The notes: a model not told the origin generated them from the sequence alone. Shown: positions 51,240-61,390, numbered from the stretch's first letter. The stretch is 64,000 nt of DNA from an uncultured Veillonellaceae bacterium (GCA_963805085.1 CAWDTA010000004.1:352001-416000); one strand, 5' to 3'. Program-made: numbers and translations.

Positions 51240-51791
51240 TTATACTTCTAGATTACTATGAGCACGAAAGGCATCTTTGGCACTCACTTTACAAAGCTCT
51301 GCATAAAATAAGCACATGCTATCGAAAACAATATGTGCGCTCTGGTCAAATAAAGAGCCTAGCGGTTGGATACTCATAGCCTCTCCCGCACTCCGAAATT
51401 TCGTCGCTGCGGGTATCAACAGACAGGTATCTGCCGTTTCCGCCAATAGACTTTCCGCGTTTGCCGTCAAGGCGAGTATAAATACCCCTGTTTTCTTTGC
51501 TTTTTGCGCTGTCCAAACGACGTTATGTGTTTTACCTGAACCAGAAATTGCTACCAAGATATCTTGAGGCGCAATCGCTGGAGTAATGGTTTCACCGATC
51601 ACGTAACTTTGTGCACCAAGGTGCAACAGACGCATAGCAAACGCCTTTGCCATAAGTCCTGAGCGCCCCTCGCCAATAACGAAAATACGCTTTGCCTTTA
51701 CCAAAGAATGCGTAGCCTCACGTACACTATGTTCATCCAGCTGTTCAAGCACTTGTTGGATTTCGCCTAAAATCTTTATCCCTATCTCCAT
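51240..51791 (-). CDS. hxlB: 6-phospho-3-hexuloisomerase
   Basis: GEGRSGL, FAMRLLHLG, GETITP, ISGSGKT, QPLGSLFDQ, HSNLE. Confidence 0.95.
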   Translation of the reverse strand: MEIGIKILGEIQQVLEQLDEHSVREATHSLVKAKRIFVIGEGRSGLMAKAFAMRLLHLGAQSYVIGETITPAIAPQDILVAISGSGKTHNVVWTAQKAKKTGVFILALTANAESLLAETADTCLLIPAATKFRSAGEAMSIQPLGSLFDQSAHIVFDSMCLFYAELCKVSAKDAFRAHSNLEV

Positions 51792-52438
51792 TATTTCACC
51801 TGCTCCTTAACCATTCTTTGAAATCTAATCGCTTGCTGAAAAGCTTGTGCCGCCTGCTCTACATTTTCTTCTCCAGTAATGGCACCACCAACAATAAAAA
51901 GTTCCGGTTGATAAATTTTAGCTAGTTTTGGCAAAGTAGCTAACGTGACACCACCTGCAATGGCAAGGCGATAACCATTCCATTTAAGCATTGTCGTTCT
52001 TAACTGAGAACCACGTTCTTCTTGCTCGTCTTTGCTGGTATGCAGACAAAGAATCGTTTTCGGAAACATTGTCCTCAACTTTTTCTGATCTTCCTCATTT
52101 GTATTTAGCAGATCGATAATCACTTGTTTTCCTGCTTTTTTTGCTTCTTCTTGCACCATAAGTAACGTAGGCGTTGGCGCTGCCCCCATTACCGTTATCA
52201 CATCCGCTCCAGCCTGAAAAGCAAGCTGACATTCATAGCAAGCATTGTCGCTTATTTTCATATCTGCCAATAAGGTATGATCGGGAAACGCCCTACGTAA
52301 CTTTCGTACACTCTCCATGCCAAACTCTTTAATTAAGGACGTTCCCACTTCAATCCACTCTACATACAAAGCCGCTTTTCCCGCTAACTCAATTGCTGAT
52401 TCTATTGATACTCGATCCAAAGCCAATTGCAGTTTCAA
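51791..52438 (-). CDS. hxlA: 3-hexulose-6-phosphate synthase
   Basis: MKLQLALD, IEVGTSLIK, ADMKI, IAGG, VGGAIT; coupled to hxlB. Confidence 0.9.
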   Translation of the reverse strand: MKLQLALDRVSIESAIELAGKAALYVEWIEVGTSLIKEFGMESVRKLRRAFPDHTLLADMKISDNACYECQLAFQAGADVITVMGAAPTPTLLMVQEEAKKAGKQVIIDLLNTNEEDQKKLRTMFPKTILCLHTSKDEQEERGSQLRTTMLKWNGYRLAIAGGVTLATLPKLAKIYQPELFIVGGAITGEENVEQAAQAFQQAIRFQRMVKEQVK

Positions 52439-52722
52439 TCAACGTCACCCTTTCGCATTGAACTATACTTAGCATCTTTTTTGGATTATCAAGTGATAAC
52501 TCAAAAATATACTTTACAAATTTTTATCTTTAACTAAATAGTTTCACTAAACTTACACTTCACCATAAAAAATAAACTTCCTGCCAAATTCATACAGCAT
52601 CCACAAAAACTTTTATCGCTGATTCTAAATCGAAACATCTACCATAAAAACACAAAACACTTGCAAAAATTCTCAATAGAATTCTCGCAAGCGTTTATTA
52701 CATGCTTTACATTCTCTTATCA

Positions 52723-53400
52723 CTAGAAACTTATTAAATTGACCTTCGTCAAGATCACCCAGTTTCTTGTTCCTGGGGCATTAAGCATATGCCAAGCTGT
52801 ATACTGTTCCGCATAAAGATTGTCAGCCGAAATGCCTTCAATAGGGATAACAACCCGATAACCTCGAAGAATAGCACTAGTAGCCGTATTAAGAACGGCA
52901 CCATTCGCAGCAGTACCAGTAATAATAACTGTTTTTATGCTGTGCTCATGCAGGATTTTATCTAAATCAGTGTTGTAGAACTTATCAACACTAGCTGCTA
53001 CGATAGGATCGTCAATGGCAGGTGCAAGTTCCGGTACAATATCAGATAGTTTTCCTGTTGATAACAAGCTATAGACAACCAAGATGTCTTCTGCCCGCGC
53101 CTTACTTAATAACTGATTGATTTTAGGAATGGATGCTATACTACGAGGGCTTTTGCACAAAGCAGTTTGCATATCTAAAATTAACAGTGCAGTTTTTTTA
53201 TCAGCGCTGACTGACTTTAACTTCGGCACTGGAGGAGGAACAATCGTTTCCCATTCTTCCACAATTGTTTGACCAACCGTTGCTTCATCGTAATTTTCTG
53301 AAGCATGCTCTTTTGGCAACCTATTCGCACATCCTACTAAGAACATCGTTACTAGCAAACCGATAACCAGTATCTTAAATTTTTTCCAATGACGTTTCAC
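52723..53400 (-). CDS. Isochorismatase-like lipoprotein lacking the catalytic Cys
   Basis: AGGAGG + GTG 53400; lipobox LVGC; TALLILDMQ, FYNTDL, GTAANGAVLNTA. Confidence 0.8.
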   Translation of the reverse strand: MKRHWKKFKILVIGLLVTMFLVGCANRLPKEHASENYDEATVGQTIVEEWETIVPPPVPKLKSVSADKKTALLILDMQTALCKSPRSIASIPKINQLLSKARAEDILVVYSLLSTGKLSDIVPELAPAIDDPIVAASVDKFYNTDLDKILHEHSIKTVIITGTAANGAVLNTATSAILRGYRVVIPIEGISADNLYAEQYTAWHMLNAPGTRNWVILTKVNLISF

Positions 53401-53465
53401 CCTATTACCTCCTAACGTCATTCCATTGATGCTTAACATCAAAAACGCAGCAAGCTTTTTTCACT

Positions 53466-55430
53466 TTAGAGATAACATGCATATAATTTCATTGACACCC
53501 TAGAATTTTTTCCCCCATTCGGTGCAGTGTTTTCCTGCTCTGATTTTTTCTGCCATTCGGACTCCGGCACAAGTGTCCCATGAGCATTTACCCACTCATC
53601 AATATCAGGTTGTTGGTTATTAGTTGAACCAACCAAAATATAACGAACCTGCCCACTACTCACCAATTCTTCTAGACTTCTGGCATTCAATATCTTCTCC
53701 GACCCCATAAATCCACCGTAAGTAATGACCGGCTCTCCAGTACCAATTATGATTGGCGATGCCACGTGCGCGTTCGGTACGGCAACGATATATTTTTCTC
53801 CATTTCTATGAGACATCAAGAAATCTTCTAGCTTAGCCGTATCGACTGTAAACCTGTTAGATAAATTAAAAATGCCCCCCGGTGCATTCGATTGTCCCAA
53901 CTGCGTATTTAAATCTGGACCCGCAAACGGAAAAGCTGCATTTCCAGAACCATATAATGCCGGTGTAATTGACCACGTAAAAGGGGCAATTACTAGAATA
54001 AGAAATGCCAGACCATAAGGCACATACTGGTACTTTTTTCGCTCGCCCTGACCTCTTATCGCTTGCCAAACCAACAAGATGGCTCCTAAAACACCTGCTC
54101 CTATAACCAGTGGTAACATCCAGGAACGCCATTCATTATATCCTGCAATAATTGTTGCTTGAACTGCGACATTCACAAACATCGCACCAGCTAAAAGATA
54201 GCGTATCCTTCCTGCACCTTTAGACCAGTTCACTAACGTAACATAACTAATTCCAACTAAGGCAGCTATTGAAGGCGCCATCATGACCAAATAATATCGA
54301 TGCGTTCCTTGCGCAATACTAAAGAAAATCATTTCTGGGATAAGCCAGCACCCCCAGAAAAATAAGTTTATTTTGTTTTGTTTCGATAACATTTTCAATT
54401 TAACTTGATATAGCGCAGCAAACACTCCAATTAGTGCAAATGGTAATAACCAGCTGATCTGCCCACCTAATTGATGATTAAAGAGTCTGATCGGACTGGG
54501 CAAACCAATTTCTCCTCCTAGTTTTCTTGCATTGTTGGTAGCCCCAGGTGTTAAATTATTTACATTAGCGCCCGAAAACGTATTATTCTGGGACTGGGGA
54601 TTGATTGGTTGTCTCGTCTGTCCTTGTCTGCCTGGTCTTTGGACTCCATACCCTAGAAAATGGCCAAGGCCGTTATATCCAGTTGCCAGTTCAAGCTCCG
54701 AGTTATTTTCACTACTACCGACATAAGGTCGCTCTTCTGACGGAACACTGTCCACGGCTAAGTACCATGGCAGGGAACTAGCTATCAAAATTAATGTAGC
54801 CGCCGAAAGATGGACTACTTTCATTTTTAGTCTCCTATTTGGAACAAGCAGATATGTAATATAAAAAGTTGGCAAAATTAAAAATGCCTCAAGGCTTTTT
54901 ATATTAAAACCAACCCCAATCAGAAAAAAAACAAATAATAGTTTTTTAAAGTTTGATTCTTCAATTGCTTTCAAAAACACCAATGCTGCCAATAATACTA
55001 CCGTTACGAGCAGGGTATCTATCGTATTATTACGACTGGCAGCAACAAAAATTGGAGTAATTGCTAATACAAGAGCCGAGATTAGTCCCGCCCATTCTCC
55101 ATAATATCGTCTAACAAGAACATAAATTAAATATACAGATATTACACCACCCAATGCCTGTGGAAGAATAATACTCCATCCCTGAAAGCCGAAAATTTTT
55201 GCACTTAGCGTCTGCAACCAAAATCCAAGTGGTGGCTTATCGATTGTAATAAATCCACCTGGATCAAACGAGACAAAGAAAAAGTTATGCCAATTCATCA
55301 GCATGCTTTTGACCCCTGCAGCATAATAAAGGTTGGCTAATCCTTCCTGTCCTAACCTAATAAAATTCAATAAAAAAGATAATATCAATATAAATACTAT
55401 TCCCAATCGTTGCAAATTTTTTTCCCCCAT
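53466..55430 (-). CDS. GT-C membrane glycosyltransferase (GT39/ArnT/PMT-like, YkcB type)
   Basis: NLYYAAGVKSM, SFDPGGFITIDKPPLG, RNNTID, GFNIK, RPYVGSS. Confidence 0.88.
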   Translation of the reverse strand: MGEKNLQRLGIVFILILSFLLNFIRLGQEGLANLYYAAGVKSMLMNWHNFFFVSFDPGGFITIDKPPLGFWLQTLSAKIFGFQGWSIILPQALGGVISVYLIYVLVRRYYGEWAGLISALVLAITPIFVAASRNNTIDTLLVTVVLLAALVFLKAIEESNFKKLLFVFFLIGVGFNIKSLEAFLILPTFYITYLLVPNRRLKMKVVHLSAATLILIASSLPWYLAVDSVPSEERPYVGSSENNSELELATGYNGLGHFLGYGVQRPGRQGQTRQPINPQSQNNTFSGANVNNLTPGATNNARKLGGEIGLPSPIRLFNHQLGGQISWLLPFALIGVFAALYQVKLKMLSKQNKINLFFWGCWLIPEMIFFSIAQGTHRYYLVMMAPSIAALVGISYVTLVNWSKGAGRIRYLLAGAMFVNVAVQATIIAGYNEWRSWMLPLVIGAGVLGAILLVWQAIRGQGERKKYQYVPYGLAFLILVIAPFTWSITPALYGSGNAAFPFAGPDLNTQLGQSNAPGGIFNLSNRFTVDTAKLEDFLMSHRNGEKYIVAVPNAHVASPIIIGTGEPVITYGGFMGSEKILNARSLEELVSSGQVRYILVGSTNNQQPDIDEWVNAHGTLVPESEWQKKSEQENTAPNGGKNSRVSMKLYACYL

Positions 55431-55579
55431 TTGAATATTTACAGCCCGTACAAATTGAATGTTTACTTCAAGTATTTTGCATGTATACTATCCTTCTAAA
55501 AATAGTATAACAGACGATATATCTATTTATTCGTAAAAGTCTTTGGCTTTTTATTGCTTCTACCTTTCAATATACACCT

Positions 55580-55600
55580 CAAATATGACAAGATTATGAA
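55580..55600 (-). promoter_or_regulatory. OmpR-type 11-bp direct repeat upstream of the ykcB-like gene
   Basis: Minus strand TTCATAATCT-T-GTCATATTTG. Confidence 0.4.
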
Positions 55601-55624
55601 ATTTTTATTGATTGTAATAAAAAG

Positions 55625-55657
55625 AAGAACTGACTACATTTTTGCTAGTCAGTTCTT
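55625..55657 (-). terminator. Terminator, repeat-family copy F
   Basis: AAGAACTGACTAC-ATTTTT-GCTAGTCAGTTCTT. Confidence 0.78.
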
Positions 55658-55753
55658 TCTCTATTTAAATCATATAAACATACCTATTCTATCTATGACC
55701 GTCATACAAAACATCCTACCGATCGATTCACCAACAGGATGCTTTATATTTCA

Positions 55754-57757
55754 TTACATTCTAAATTGATGTACAGCTTTTTGTAGTTCTTCAGCCATTT
55801 TTGCCAAGGCATTACTAGATGCCACAATCTCTTCCATCGAGGCAGATTGTTCTTCTGTCGCAGCCGAAACGGTCTGTGTATGAGCTGCTGTCACCTTGCT
55901 TATACTGTCAATTTCTTGCATAGACGATACAATTTGTTGGCTACCATTCGCCATTTCTTGAATCGCGCTTGAAATTTCCCCAACCTGACTAGATACTTGA
56001 CCTACCAGTGTTGTTATTTCGTTAAAGGAACGACCTGCCGTATTAACAACTTCTGTTCCAATTTTAACCTCACGTGTTCCTTCATCCATTGCAATTACTG
56101 CTTTGTCTGTCTCCCCTTGGATTTCTCCAATAAGTAATGCAATTTGCTTAGCTGCATTTTCAGACTGCTCGGCTAGTTTACGAACCTCTTCTGCTACGAC
56201 CGCAAAACCACGCCCTTGTTCACCGGCACGTGCTGCTTCTATGGCTGCATTTAAGGCAAGTAAGTTTGTTTGCCCTGCTATGCCGGATATCGTATCAATG
56301 ATTTGTCCGATTTCCTTTGATCGTTCGCCAAGTTTCATCACTACATTTGCAGAGTTGGTCACTGTTTTTTCTACATTTCCAATCTGCTGAATAGCTTGCG
56401 CTACTAATTTGCCACCTTCTTGCGCCGCACTAGCAGTCTTATCCGAAGTACGAGCTACCTCTTTGGAGTTCATTGCTATTTGTCCAATACCAGTCGATAT
56501 ATGTTCCACTACTTCGGTTGCACCATGGACTGATTTGACTTGTTTCTCACTTCCATTTGCAACTTCTGTAATGCTTTCAGCAACTTGTCCAGCGGCTAAA
56601 GCCGATTGCTCTGCACTCGCAGTTAACTGCTCAGATGATGCCGCCACCTGCTCAGCTGAATGAGCTACACGACTGATAAGTCCACGCAGACTTTCCAGCA
56701 TCGTATTGAAAGCCGCTGCCAACTTACCAATTTCATCGCGACTTTCAATGGTAAGCGGTGATACACCGAGATTTCCACCTGCCACTTCGCGGAATTTAAC
56801 CAGTAACAACTGGATTGGCTTCAACATCCGACGTGTAAAAAATATTACGCCAGCAAGCACTAACAAGAGTGCAACAGCTGAAACGCCAAGGGTTTGATAA
56901 ATAATTTGATTGGTAACCCCTTCTATGATCGAATTTTGTTTTCCGGTAAATACAATTCCAATAGGTTTTCCGGTTGCTCCTATTAATGGTCCATAGGCAA
57001 CAGTATAGTCATTACCTGCAATCTTATTTGATCCGATATACTTCTTCCCTTCAGTAAGTACTTTCTGGATAATCTCTTGATTTTCAAGAAGCGTACCGAC
57101 CATTCGTTTTCCTTCTGTATTCTCAATTGTGGTTGCTACACGTTCGTTCTGCAAAAACAAAGTAAACTCAGAACCAAACATCTTTTTGGCACTATCCACA
57201 ATCTCATTTTGACTGATCACATATCCCGTTGAAATAACACCAACCAAAGCACCTGTTTCATCATAGAGTGGTGCTCCAGCGCGAACCGAAAGCTTAACCA
57301 CTTTTCCTTCCTCAATACCAACAAAAGATTTTCCATTGATCGCCTGTGCTACATTCATCTGGTTGGCTATACTATCATCAGCTTTAGGGATTTTCCCAGG
57401 TTCATGCGTCCGAATGATAGCAAAACCTTTTGGGTCAGTAATGACCATATAATCAAGTTTACCCTCTTTCATTATCGGAGTTGTCAGGGCAAACAGCGCC
57501 TGTGTATCACGCCTTTTAGCAGCATCAATAATTTGCGAATTCTTCGCAAGCACATTTACATGCGCTTGTGCATTCGTTTTATACATGTCAAGCATTTGCA
57601 ACATTCCTTGATATTGCTCCTCCGCAGATTGCCGAGCATCTTGATTCAAGTAGTTTCTTGTTGTGTATATCGAAAATCCGGCGATTAGGAAAGACACAAG
57701 AACCAAGCTAACTGTAATTCCTAATATAATTCGAAACTGAAGACTATTTTTATTCAT
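55754..57757 (-). CDS. Methyl-accepting chemotaxis protein (Cache sensor domains, HAMP)
   Basis: Two TMs, TLFLQNERVATT Cache motif, DEIGKLAAAFN HAMP, signalling hairpin; start ATG 57757 after GAGGAG. Confidence 0.95.
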   Translation of the reverse strand: MNKNSLQFRIILGITVSLVLVSFLIAGFSIYTTRNYLNQDARQSAEEQYQGMLQMLDMYKTNAQAHVNVLAKNSQIIDAAKRRDTQALFALTTPIMKEGKLDYMVITDPKGFAIIRTHEPGKIPKADDSIANQMNVAQAINGKSFVGIEEGKVVKLSVRAGAPLYDETGALVGVISTGYVISQNEIVDSAKKMFGSEFTLFLQNERVATTIENTEGKRMVGTLLENQEIIQKVLTEGKKYIGSNKIAGNDYTVAYGPLIGATGKPIGIVFTGKQNSIIEGVTNQIIYQTLGVSAVALLLVLAGVIFFTRRMLKPIQLLLVKFREVAGGNLGVSPLTIESRDEIGKLAAAFNTMLESLRGLISRVAHSAEQVAASSEQLTASAEQSALAAGQVAESITEVANGSEKQVKSVHGATEVVEHISTGIGQIAMNSKEVARTSDKTASAAQEGGKLVAQAIQQIGNVEKTVTNSANVVMKLGERSKEIGQIIDTISGIAGQTNLLALNAAIEAARAGEQGRGFAVVAEEVRKLAEQSENAAKQIALLIGEIQGETDKAVIAMDEGTREVKIGTEVVNTAGRSFNEITTLVGQVSSQVGEISSAIQEMANGSQQIVSSMQEIDSISKVTAAHTQTVSAATEEQSASMEEIVASSNALAKMAEELQKAVHQFRM

Positions 57758-57877
57758 ATGTAAAGGCTCCTCTCTAGTAAAAAACATGTATTTTTTCCTA
57801 TTATTGAAATTTATAAACTAATCTGAACAAATCTATAATATTTATTATATACTAGCAAGTAAAAAAGGAAAAGTACT

Positions 57878-57904
57878 ATATCGACTCACTTTGACATAGT
57901 ATAA
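57878..57904 (-). promoter_or_regulatory. Possible sigma28/SigD promoter
   Basis: Minus strand TATA-N14-GTCGATAT upstream of an MCP gene. Confidence 0.4.
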
Positions 57905-57916
57905 TCCTTCACACAC

Positions 57917-57953
57917 AACAAATGGACTAACATTTTTTGCTAGTCCATTTGTT
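57917..57953 (-). terminator. Hairpin, repeat-family copy G
   Basis: AACAAATGGACTAAC-ATTTTTT-GCTAGTCCATTTGTT. Confidence 0.72.
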
Positions 57954-58118
57954 ATCTCTATATAATGAAACCAAGACACTAAATTCTGTCTTTATAAAAA
58001 ATAAAGATGCTAAATCCATATGTATTCCTTCTTAAAACATAATTATAATATTTGTTTTTATTCATTTTAAAACCGCATTTTTCAAATACAGCTACCACTT
58101 TCTTGGTTGAAAGAAAAT

Positions 58119-59345
58119 CTAAAGTTCCCCTGTTAGAATAACTGATACGGCTTGTCCTTTTACCAAAGGCTCCGTTCCCGCTGGAATATCAATGAGCGCA
58201 TTGCAGCCAATCATTGATTTTAGTGCCCCATTGCTTTGACTGTCTGCCAATGTAACAGAATTACCAGCATAATCAATCTTAAATATACCCCGTAAAAATC
58301 TGCGTTGCGGGCTATTTTTTTTAAAATCATTCATCAAAACTGCTTTCGTTGTTGTTGAAAAACACTCTTTTAATCCCATTAATCTTTTTATCAAAGGAAT
58401 CGCGATTAATTGAAATGTCACCGTTGCTGCCGCTGAGTTTCCTGACAAAGCAATAATAAACTTATCTTGTTTCTTTGCCACAATAATTGGTGAACCAGGT
58501 TTCAATTTTACCCTTTTAAAAATAATACCAGCATTAATTTCTAGTATTGCATCGGGAACAAGATCATAATCGCCTACAGATACACCACCTGTAGTTATTA
58601 CTATATCAGAAATTTCTAATGCTGCTAATAGTTTATTAACAATTTTTTCTTTATCATCAGGCACTATCCCCATCATGATCGGATTGGTTGCTAAATTTAG
58701 ACAAGCTGCTCTTAAACCGTGCAAATTGCTATTGTATATCTTTCCTACTGGTAATTGTTCTGAAGGCTCTACCAGTTCATCACCGGTACTTAAAATGGCA
58801 ATATCCACTTTCTTATAAACTGGCACCATAGCTATCCCGACTGCCGCTAGTGCACCAACCAATGCCGGAGTTATGACATCGCCAGAATTTGCAATGACTT
58901 CATCAACAGCTACATCTTCACCAGCAAAAATGACATTGCTATCTTTTTTAAGCGGCTGAAAAACTCGGATAACGTCTCCGGTTCTTTCAATATCTTCATA
59001 CTTTATCACAATATCGGCACCCTTTGGCATCGGTGATCCTGTCATAAGTTTAATCGTTGTGCCTGTTACGACTTCACTTTTCGCCACATAACCTGCATGA
59101 ATTTCCTCAACTACCTTAATAATTGTAGGCTCAGCTGGAGTTGCCTGCTTGATATCCTCAGCTCTTAGTGCATACCCATCTAGTGGAGATTTACTAAACG
59201 GCGGCAATTGGTACGGTGCCTTTATGGGCTTAGACAAAACCCGTCCTACTGATTCTTCTAAACACACGGATTCTTCAAGTTCACTTGGTTTCGCTAACGC
59301 TAATAAAGTCTCTTGCGCCTCTTCTAATGAAATATTAGTTTTCAT
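58119..59345 (-). CDS. moeA: Molybdopterin molybdotransferase
   Basis: PPFSKSPLDGYA, MTGSPMP, STGDEL, TTGGVSVGDYD, KPG, LSGN. Confidence 0.95.
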   Translation of the reverse strand: MKTNISLEEAQETLLALAKPSELEESVCLEESVGRVLSKPIKAPYQLPPFSKSPLDGYALRAEDIKQATPAEPTIIKVVEEIHAGYVAKSEVVTGTTIKLMTGSPMPKGADIVIKYEDIERTGDVIRVFQPLKKDSNVIFAGEDVAVDEVIANSGDVITPALVGALAAVGIAMVPVYKKVDIAILSTGDELVEPSEQLPVGKIYNSNLHGLRAACLNLATNPIMMGIVPDDKEKIVNKLLAALEISDIVITTGGVSVGDYDLVPDAILEINAGIIFKRVKLKPGSPIIVAKKQDKFIIALSGNSAAATVTFQLIAIPLIKRLMGLKECFSTTTKAVLMNDFKKNSPQRRFLRGIFKIDYAGNSVTLADSQSNGALKSMIGCNALIDIPAGTEPLVKGQAVSVILTGEL

Positions 59346-59362
59346 GCTCTAATCCCTCCTAT

Positions 59363-60385
59363 TCACGCACCTGTGCCGAATGCACACATTGGATAATGGC
59401 ATTCTTCACACTCTAAGCACAAACCACCTAAGCCTAACTTAACCACCATTGGCCGGGTAATTTTTTGTCCTGTCAAAGCCAATGGCAAGAGTAAATCAAA
59501 CACCGTAGTTTTATGATACATTACACAACCTGGTAAACCTAAAATAGGAACTCTGCCAAGGTAGGCGACCATTAACATGGAGCCAGGTAAAACCGGCGCC
59601 CCATAGGTAACAATGTCAGCCCCTGATTTTTTTATTCCGCTCGGTGTCACATCATCTGGATCAACTGACATTCCACCTGTAGTTAAAATCAAATCCACCC
59701 CTTTTCCTATTAATGATTTCACTGCAGTTGCAATTTGCTCTACATCATCATCAACAATAGTATGCGCAATGACTTCACTGCCGAATTTTTCTACTTTAGC
59801 TTTTACCACCGGACCAAATTTATCTTCAATTCGTTTATGATACACTTCACTACCTGTTGTTATCACACCAACTTTACACTGGTGAAATGGCTTAATCTGA
59901 ACAACACATTTATCTTGTAACATTTGTTCAATTGCATTAATTTTTTCTTCATCGATAACCAGTGGAATCACTCTTACACCAGCAACAATATCACCCTTTT
60001 TTACAACACGCCGCTGATTGACCGTGGCAGCAACAATTTCTTCTATCATATTAACCTGAAATAAAAGCTCCTCATCAATCTGACATAAACCATCTTGTTC
60101 GGCAACGAGTGAGACTTTTCCTTCGTTTGGTTCAGTCAAACGAAGACTTGGTCCTACAATCGCTTTAGCCAACCTAATTCCAGCTTCATTTTCATGAATA
60201 AAGCCTTTTTTTAGTTCCCAAACGTAGAGATGTTCTTTGCCTAATTTTAAAAGTTCAGGAATATCCTTCTGCGTTACAATATGCCCTTTTTTAAAGGCTC
60301 TTCCTTTGAACTCACCAGGTACGATTTTCGTAATATCTTGGCATAAGATACTGCCAACAGCATCTTGTACGTTAATCAACTTCAT
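59363..60385 (-). CDS. Molybdopterin-binding protein (MoeA-related)
   Basis: FKKGH, TTGSEV, TGGMSVDPDD, PVLPG, GLPGC, C-terminal CxxCxxC..C; start probably ATG 60385. Confidence 0.85.
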   Translation of the reverse strand: MKLINVQDAVGSILCQDITKIVPGEFKGRAFKKGHIVTQKDIPELLKLGKEHLYVWELKKGFIHENEAGIRLAKAIVGPSLRLTEPNEGKVSLVAEQDGLCQIDEELLFQVNMIEEIVAATVNQRRVVKKGDIVAGVRVIPLVIDEEKINAIEQMLQDKCVVQIKPFHQCKVGVITTGSEVYHKRIEDKFGPVVKAKVEKFGSEVIAHTIVDDDVEQIATAVKSLIGKGVDLILTTGGMSVDPDDVTPSGIKKSGADIVTYGAPVLPGSMLMVAYLGRVPILGLPGCVMYHKTTVFDLLLPLALTGQKITRPMVVKLGLGGLCLECEECHYPMCAFGTGA

Positions 60386-60422
60386 TGTTGTAGTACTTCC
60401 CCTCATAGACTAACAAATGTCT

Positions 60423-60872
60423 TTACTTTTCTATTATAACTTCAATGCTATCACCAGATCTGATCCAACCCGACTCGAGTACTTCCGCAAAAATTCCTTC
60501 TTTAGGCATGATACAGTCACCGGTTTTTTGACGTATCGCACAACCTATATGACACTTTTTCCCGATTTGTGTAACTTTCATGATCGTTTCGCCAATTCTC
60601 ATTTTCGTACCAATCGGTAATTCGTACAATACAATTCCTTCTGTCGTAATATTTTCAGCAAAATCACCAGATTTTAATTCATCAAGCCCCATTGACCGCA
60701 TTTTATCAATACTTTCATTTCCCAACAAGCTTACCATTCTATGCCAATCACCCGCATGAGCATCGCCTTTCAAGCCACAATTTACTTCAAAATAGCCTTG
60801 TTCAATCGTTGTCTTAGGTACCCCTTTTAGTTCACTAATATTAATTGCTACTACTTTCGCCATGATATTCAC
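60423..60872 (-). CDS. MOSC-domain protein
   Basis: GDAHAG, GDFAENITT, TQIGKKCH..C, DCIMPKEGIF. Confidence 0.92.
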   Translation of the reverse strand: MNIMAKVVAINISELKGVPKTTIEQGYFEVNCGLKGDAHAGDWHRMVSLLGNESIDKMRSMGLDELKSGDFAENITTEGIVLYELPIGTKMRIGETIMKVTQIGKKCHIGCAIRQKTGDCIMPKEGIFAEVLESGWIRSGDSIEVIIEK

Positions 60873-60892
60873 GCTCCCTTATGATAGATTTA

Positions 60893-61390
60893 TTAACCTT
60901 TCCCACATTCAACCGCTGATCCAGAAATAATACCGAGCGCATGATCTAGAACTGGCAAAATCGCTTCTAAGGATTCACGCACACCTTTAACACTCCCAGG
61001 CATGTTAATGATCAGTGTATTTTTTCTTATCCCAGCTACAGCTCTAGAAAGCATAGCTTTTGGTGTTTTAGCAAGTCCATAATAACGCATCGCTTCTGGT
61101 ATGCCTGGAATCACTCTATCAATCACTTCTAATGTCGCATCAGGAGTTACATCCCTTTTAGAAAATCCAGTTCCACCTGATGTAAGCAATAAATCTACAG
61201 CCACTTCATCACAAATATGACAGATTTCTTTCTTAATTAATTCTTTTTCATCAGGAATCAAATTGTAATAACTAACGCTATATTGCTCTCCAAGGCACTC
61301 ACGGATTTGTTTACCACTTAAATCTTCTCGCTCTCCTCTGGAGCCTTTATCACTTAAAATAAGAATGCCTACATTGTACATGCGTACCAT
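60893..61390 (-). CDS. mog: Molybdopterin adenylyltransferase MogA/MoaB
   Basis: SDKGSRGEREDLSG, TSGGTGFSKRDVTP, AMLSRAVAG, NMPGS. Confidence 0.92.
   Translation of the reverse strand: MVRMYNVGILILSDKGSRGEREDLSGKQIRECLGEQYSVSYYNLIPDEKELIKKEICHICDEVAVDLLLTSGGTGFSKRDVTPDATLEVIDRVIPGIPEAMRYYGLAKTPKAMLSRAVAGIRKNTLIINMPGSVKGVRESLEAILPVLDHALGIISGSAVECGKG

Noticed and set aside
46492-57953. Hairpin family as integron attC sites
   Set aside because: GTTAGTC/GACTAAC are internal and do not fit GTTRRRY/RYYYAAC, blocks are multigene with their own promoters, and no integrase is present.
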